The position numbers were made by a program, and so were the translations under genes. 64,000 nucleotides of DNA, taken from the IMG/VR virus record IMGVR_UViG_3300045988_160639. One strand, 5' to 3'. Origin of the DNA: a virus. The notes under the pieces are model-generated. The model searched no databases, was not told the DNA's origin, and was given only the letters and a program-made list of their open reading frames with translations. Shown piece after piece: positions 60,086 to 64,000 of the stretch (positions within the stretch are counted from its first letter, which is position 1; each line of letters starts with the position of its first letter).

Positions 60086-61167
60086 TAATTATTAACAAAC
60101 CAATTTATCTTGATAACGCTGCTACTACACCAATAACCAAGCCAGTTCTTGATGCTATGATGCCGTATCTTACAGAGCAGTATGGTAATCCATCATCGTT
60201 ATATTCTCTTGGCAGAACAGCACACAAGGCTGTAGAAACAGCGAGAAACCAAATTGCAAAGGCTATTAACGCAGAACCCAATCAGATATTTTTTACATCA
60301 GGAGCTACAGAGAGCAATAATTGGGTGTGTTCAAACTTTAAGAGTATACTTTGTTCACCATATGAACATCATTCAATTCTCAAAAGACCACATACGACAG
60401 AAATGAGAACCTCTGCACCTCTCGCTAATGATATCTTTAGATGTTCTGCTGATTTGGTCTCCCATATGTTTGTTAATAACGAAATTGGACAGATATATGA
60501 CATTGCAAATATGGCAAAAATATCTCACGAAATGGGGGTTTTGTTTCATTCTGACGGAACTCAAGCTTTCAATCACGTCCCAATAGACGTTAAAGAACTT
60601 GACTGTGATTTTCTAAGTCTTAGTGGGCATAAATTCCATAGTCCGAAAGGCATAGGCATATTATACATAAAAGAATCTGACAAGTTTAAGCCACTTCTTT
60701 ATGGCGGTCAGCAAGAAGCGAACCATAGGGCAGGAACGGAAAACGTAGCATCTATTGTAGGAATAGGTAAAGCTGCTGAACTTTATAATTATTCTCTTGA
60801 AAGAGATAAGCATTGCAGAGAAATACAGCAGAAATTCTATAATGCCTTTGGTCATTTTAAAGACGTATATTTCAATACCGTAATAGCTGACAGTATATCA
60901 TCAACACTTAACGTAGCTTTTAAAAATGTAGAATCTGAATCACTTATGCTCCTCCTCGATATGGACGGTATCTGTGTATCGGCAGGTTCAGCTTGTAACT
61001 CAGCAAGCTTAGAACCGTCACACGTTTTAAAAGCTATAGGTACACCAGAGGATTACATATACAACAGTATTAGGTTATCTTGGGACGATACACTTACAGA
61101 TGAAGAAGTCGATTATGTTATTGAAAGTATTAAAAAGAATGTAATGAAAGTGAGATGTTATATATGA
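60082..61167 (+). CDS. Cysteine desulfurase (NifS/IscS-like, class V aminotransferase)
   Basis: LDNAATTP, PLP-Lys SGHKFHSPKGIG, GTENV, active-site SAGSAC. Confidence 0.8.
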   Translation: MIIINKPIYLDNAATTPITKPVLDAMMPYLTEQYGNPSSLYSLGRTAHKAVETARNQIAKAINAEPNQIFFTSGATESNNWVCSNFKSILCSPYEHHSILKRPHTTEMRTSAPLANDIFRCSADLVSHMFVNNEIGQIYDIANMAKISHEMGVLFHSDGTQAFNHVPIDVKELDCDFLSLSGHKFHSPKGIGILYIKESDKFKPLLYGGQQEANHRAGTENVASIVGIGKAAELYNYSLERDKHCREIQQKFYNAFGHFKDVYFNTVIADSISSTLNVAFKNVESESLMLLLDMDGICVSAGSACNSASLEPSHVLKAIGTPEDYIYNSIRLSWDDTLTDEEVDYVIESIKKNVMKVRCYI

Positions 61168-61670
61168 TAACTTCTTATTATATTATAGCTGGTATAATTG
61201 GTATTCTCATTTGGCAAGTAATAACGATAATATTTTATGGTGTTGCAAAATTACTTAGTGAAAGATTTCTACAAGAACCAGAAGACTCAGCTTTGAAATT
61301 TGCGATATGTGTTCCATATTTTATATTAACCAGCATTGACCATATTATTGGAAAATGTCTCACGCTGCTTTTAATATCTTGGTGTAGAAAAAATCTTTAT
61401 AGATATTGTCTTTGCCGTAAGGTTCATCTTCAAGGCTCTGAATCTGAATTTATAACGAAAAATGTCAGATTTTTTGCAACGAAGAAAATGGTTGAAAAAC
61501 TATCTTTTGACAATACAAGAAATGATTATGTAGAATTTATAAGCGATTGCACAAATATGGAGGGTGTTCCCTATGGTTATTATATTTATAGAGGACAAGA
61601 CACATTTCACGGCGAAGATATGAATTTATTTAGAAAAGAAATTAAAGTTAAAGAAAAGGAGAATGTGTAA
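61155..61670 (+). CDS. Membrane protein
   Basis: N-terminal TM helices. Confidence 0.45.
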   Translation: MLYMITSYYIIAGIIGILIWQVITIIFYGVAKLLSERFLQEPEDSALKFAICVPYFILTSIDHIIGKCLTLLLISWCRKNLYRYCLCRKVHLQGSESEFITKNVRFFATKKMVEKLSFDNTRNDYVEFISDCTNMEGVPYGYYIYRGQDTFHGEDMNLFRKEIKVKEKENV

Positions 61671-62170
61671 TGAACACAACAGTTAAATTTGCTAAAGTAA
61701 GACCTACAGCGGTTATACCCACAAAGAGAGATGAGGACGCAGGATTTGATATCTATGCTGACTTTGAAGATGATTTTATTATCATTGACCCACATACAAC
61801 TACATTGATACCAACAGGCATTGCTTCTGCGTGCGATGTAGATTATTGTTTTATTCTCAAAGAGAGAGGGTCAACAGGTAGTAAGGGTATTGCTCAGAGG
61901 TGTGGTGTAATCGACAGTGGCTACCGTAACGAGTGGTTTGTTCCCATTACCAATACAACAAATAAAAAGATAGCTATTGTTAAAAAAGATGCCGATTATA
62001 TATTTATGAAAAACACAAGTGGTTATACTATTTATCCCTATGAAAAAGCAATAGCACAGGTTCTTGTAGTTCCTGTTCCAAAGGTTAAGGTTGAAGAACT
62101 TACATATAATGAACTTAAAGAAATAGCATCTGATAGGGGAATGGGTGCATTAGGAAGTAGTGGTAAGTAA
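61670..62170 (+). CDS. dut: dUTP diphosphatase
   Basis: AGFDIYA, GVIDSGYRNEW, RGMGALGSSG motifs. Confidence 0.85.
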   Translation: MNTTVKFAKVRPTAVIPTKRDEDAGFDIYADFEDDFIIIDPHTTTLIPTGIASACDVDYCFILKERGSTGSKGIAQRCGVIDSGYRNEWFVPITNTTNKKIAIVKKDADYIFMKNTSGYTIYPYEKAIAQVLVVPVPKVKVEELTYNELKEIASDRGMGALGSSGK

Positions 62171-62414
62171 TATGAACAATACAATTCTTCCAAATCTTGT
62201 TTTTACCGTTGCTGAAGTGGCTTCAATATTAAAAATAAATAAAAATGCAGTATATGATTTAATCAACAATGGCATTCTCAAAAGTATTAAATTAGGTAGC
62301 TGTAAAATAACAGCTAAATCATTAAATGATTTTTTAGAGGCTTATGACGGTTATGATTTAAGTGATTTAACTGATATTAAGCTTCTTCATCAATATAAAA
62401 TAGCAAATAACTAA
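62160..62414 (+). CDS. xis: Excisionase / MerR-type HTH DNA-binding protein
   Basis: FTVAEVASILKINKNAVYDLINNGILKSIKLG; lies next to the integrase. Confidence 0.7.
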   Translation: MVSNMNNTILPNLVFTVAEVASILKINKNAVYDLINNGILKSIKLGSCKITAKSLNDFLEAYDGYDLSDLTDIKLLHQYKIANN

Positions 62415-62471
62415 AAATATCCCGCTCAATAATATGATTTATTTCATACTATTTGAGCGGGATATTTTTAG
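62411..62471. terminator. Bidirectional terminator (19-bp perfect stem)
   Basis: CTAAAAATATCCCGCTCAA pairs with TTGAGCGGGATATTTTTAG. Confidence 0.75.
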
Positions 62472-63638
62472 TTATTTTAGAATATTATCCATAATATTTG
62501 CAACTTCTTCATCCATTTTATCAGTGATATGGGTGTAATATCTAAGAGTGGTTTCTAATTTACTATGCCCTAAGCGCTTCTGTACGTACTTAGGATTTAC
62601 ACCCGATTCAGCCAACATAGTGGTATGAGTGTGTCTAAGATTATGATACTTGAAGTCTATATTGAGGTCGTCTTTAAATATGCGTCTCATAAACTTAATG
62701 CTATTTGGAGTAAGCATTTCTCCGTTTGGCTTAACATTTATAAAGTCATCAACGATAATTCTTTGCGTTTTGTCATTTCTTCTATCGGTAACAAAATTTA
62801 TAGCATATCCATCGCCGTATTCTTGTTTATTTTTTTCATGCTGTGCTTGTAGCTCTTTGAGGTAATTGGTAAATTCATCACCCATTTTTATAGTTCTTAC
62901 ACTACTTACTGTTTTGGGTGGTATAAAAGACCATTGTTTATCTTGAAAATATAATTGCTTGTTTATTCGTATAGTCTTTTTATTCCAATCAATATCAGAA
63001 AATCTTAATCCAAAACATTCACTAACTCTAAGACCAAGGTTAATTCCTATTTTAAAGGCTGGAGTTAAATTTGTTGTAGCACATCTTTGTTCCATTAACT
63101 CTAATTCTTTTTTAGTGTAAGTTTGTATTTCACCGTATGCACGATAACTTGCTGGTGGGACAACTCCGATAGTAGGATTGGTTCTGATGTACTTCCTTTT
63201 AACAGCATACCTAAATAATACAAGTAAAAAATTGTAAATACTTCTAATGTATTCGTCACTCAGATTTTCGCTTCTTTTACTATTAATATATTCTTGTAAT
63301 TTTTGTGCCGAAAAATTACCAATATAGTTGTAACCTATTTCATTACATATATGATTTCTATATAAAGAATTATATCTTGTAACGGTTGAATGCTTACGGG
63401 TGGTATTAGCTTCATTATCGATAAATTCCTGATAAACCTCATTAAGAGTTATCTTTTTGTTCTCGACAATCTCACCATTGTTATTATACTCGTCTATATA
63501 CTTGGCTAACATAGCTTGAGCTTCTTTTTCAGTAGCAAAACCACTACGTTCAATTTGTTTACGTTTTCCATTCTCTTGTTTGCCCAGATCAAGACGGAAA
63601 GACCAAGTAGCTCCTTTTTTTCTTACGCTGCCTTTCAT
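62472..63638 (-). CDS. int: Tyrosine integrase
   Basis: HNLRHTHTTMLAESG...LGHSKLETTLRYYTH. Confidence 0.9.
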   Translation of the reverse strand: MKGSVRKKGATWSFRLDLGKQENGKRKQIERSGFATEKEAQAMLAKYIDEYNNNGEIVENKKITLNEVYQEFIDNEANTTRKHSTVTRYNSLYRNHICNEIGYNYIGNFSAQKLQEYINSKRSENLSDEYIRSIYNFLLVLFRYAVKRKYIRTNPTIGVVPPASYRAYGEIQTYTKKELELMEQRCATTNLTPAFKIGINLGLRVSECFGLRFSDIDWNKKTIRINKQLYFQDKQWSFIPPKTVSSVRTIKMGDEFTNYLKELQAQHEKNKQEYGDGYAINFVTDRRNDKTQRIIVDDFINVKPNGEMLTPNSIKFMRRIFKDDLNIDFKYHNLRHTHTTMLAESGVNPKYVQKRLGHSKLETTLRYYTHITDKMDEEVANIMDNILK

Positions 63639-63702
63639 TTATATCACCTCAATATCTATTATACAATTCTTGTTTATATATGTCAATACGAAAAAATTGA
63701 GT

Positions 63703-63822
63703 TTCCCACCAATCTATTATAAATATTAGATATTTCGGCTTAAATACGTTGTTTGCAAGATGTTTGTGGGAAAAGACAAAAAGTATCACTGCTACACATC
63801 AAATTCCCACCATATTCCCACA
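63703..63822. repeat. Four TTCCCAC(C/A) repeats (63703, 63764 inverted, 63804, 63815), candidate integrase arm-type sites
   Basis: Read directly from the sequence, immediately upstream of int. Confidence 0.5.
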
Positions 63823-63832
63823 AAACAAAAAA

Positions 63833-63870
63833 ATATGGTATAAGATGTTTTGATACATCTCATACCATAT
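63833..63870. repeat. 16-bp inverted repeat with one mismatch (ATATGGTATAAGATGT / ACATCTCATACCATAT)
   Basis: Read directly from the sequence. It could be a terminator or a core-type site. Confidence 0.5.
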
Positions 63871-64000
63871 AATTACTATAGTGCAAAGAACTGTGCATAT
63901 TGCCCTGTACATGGGCGTATCTATTTGTATATATTTGTATTTTATTTTACTTGAAGTAACGGTTGAGGAGACCCTGGAATGCCTTGCCGTGTCTTGCCTC

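Noticed and set aside
1-64000. Global TGA reassignment (code 4 or 25), prompted by the in-frame TGA at 25232.
   Set aside because: Many well-defined genes end in TGA exactly at coupled junctions (ATGA/GTGA overlaps at 7421, 8788, 22567, 45987, 51257, 53297, 54987, 55520 and 59285). TGA is therefore a functional stop here.
1-64000. Global TAG reassignment with a suppressor tRNA.
   Set aside because: I found only one in-frame TAG (15391), and none of the four tRNAs has a CUA anticodon. Two ORFs appear to terminate at TAG. This cannot be excluded for late genes outside the window, so it is kept only as a locus-specific finding.
1-64000. Retron, DGR or other reverse-transcriptase system; CBASS, Thoeris or Gabija-type defence genes.
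   Set aside because: I saw no RT motif (YxDD), cyclase, TIR/SIR2 or OLD/UvrD-pair signatures in any frame I read.

Overview
The window is AT-rich and almost entirely plus-strand coding. It looks like the non-structural half of a large temperate phage or prophage-like element from a low-GC Firmicute; SD sequences are GGAGG-type and promoters TTGACA-N17-TATAAT. I recognise no capsid, tail, terminase or lysis genes.

Layout from left to right:
- 1-1500: a non-coding region with extreme strand composition and short repeats.
- 1549-8164: an RHH regulator with an operator array, then about 25 small early ORFs separated by long, hairpin-rich spacers.
- 8225-20832: an accessory island. It holds five ParB/DUF262-fold proteins, plus a 32-aa ParB-motif mini-ORF further left at 6055. 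It also has an ImmA-like protease with an S24 repressor, a second XRE switch, an internal tyrosine recombinase, and HicA-like and MazF-like toxins.
- 20989-21777: four tRNA genes with unusual elbows.
- 25547-39966: a replication module with an SSB-like protein, a Sak4-like ATPase, DnaB-like helicase, primase, RecJ-like exonuclease, family B DNA polymerase, RecD-like helicase and DNA ligase.
- 41301-42209: an RNA ligase.
- 43445-52265: three DNA methyltransferases and a Lar-like protein among many small ORFs.
- 53512-62170: a nucleotide-metabolism block with ThyX, dNMP kinase, 5'-nucleotidase, NrdD, NrdG, an IscS/NifS-like cysteine desulfurase and dUTPase.
- 62160-63870: excisionase, integrase and attP-like repeats.

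Most interesting observations:
- A Dam-class methyltransferase is split by an in-frame 309-bp inversion bounded by perfect 16-bp inverted repeats.
- The ParB/DUF262 paralogues are all nuclease-less and sit behind their own repressor-controlled switch.
- A type I toxin-antitoxin-like locus is hidden in an ORF-free gap between the two repressors.
- nrdD is interrupted by two group I-like introns carrying HNH genes, the second next to the glycyl-radical Gly.
- The tRNAs have non-canonical T and D loops.
- Several conserved-looking ORFs lack an ATG, GTG or TTG start.

All calls come from reading motifs by eye; no searches or folding programs were run.
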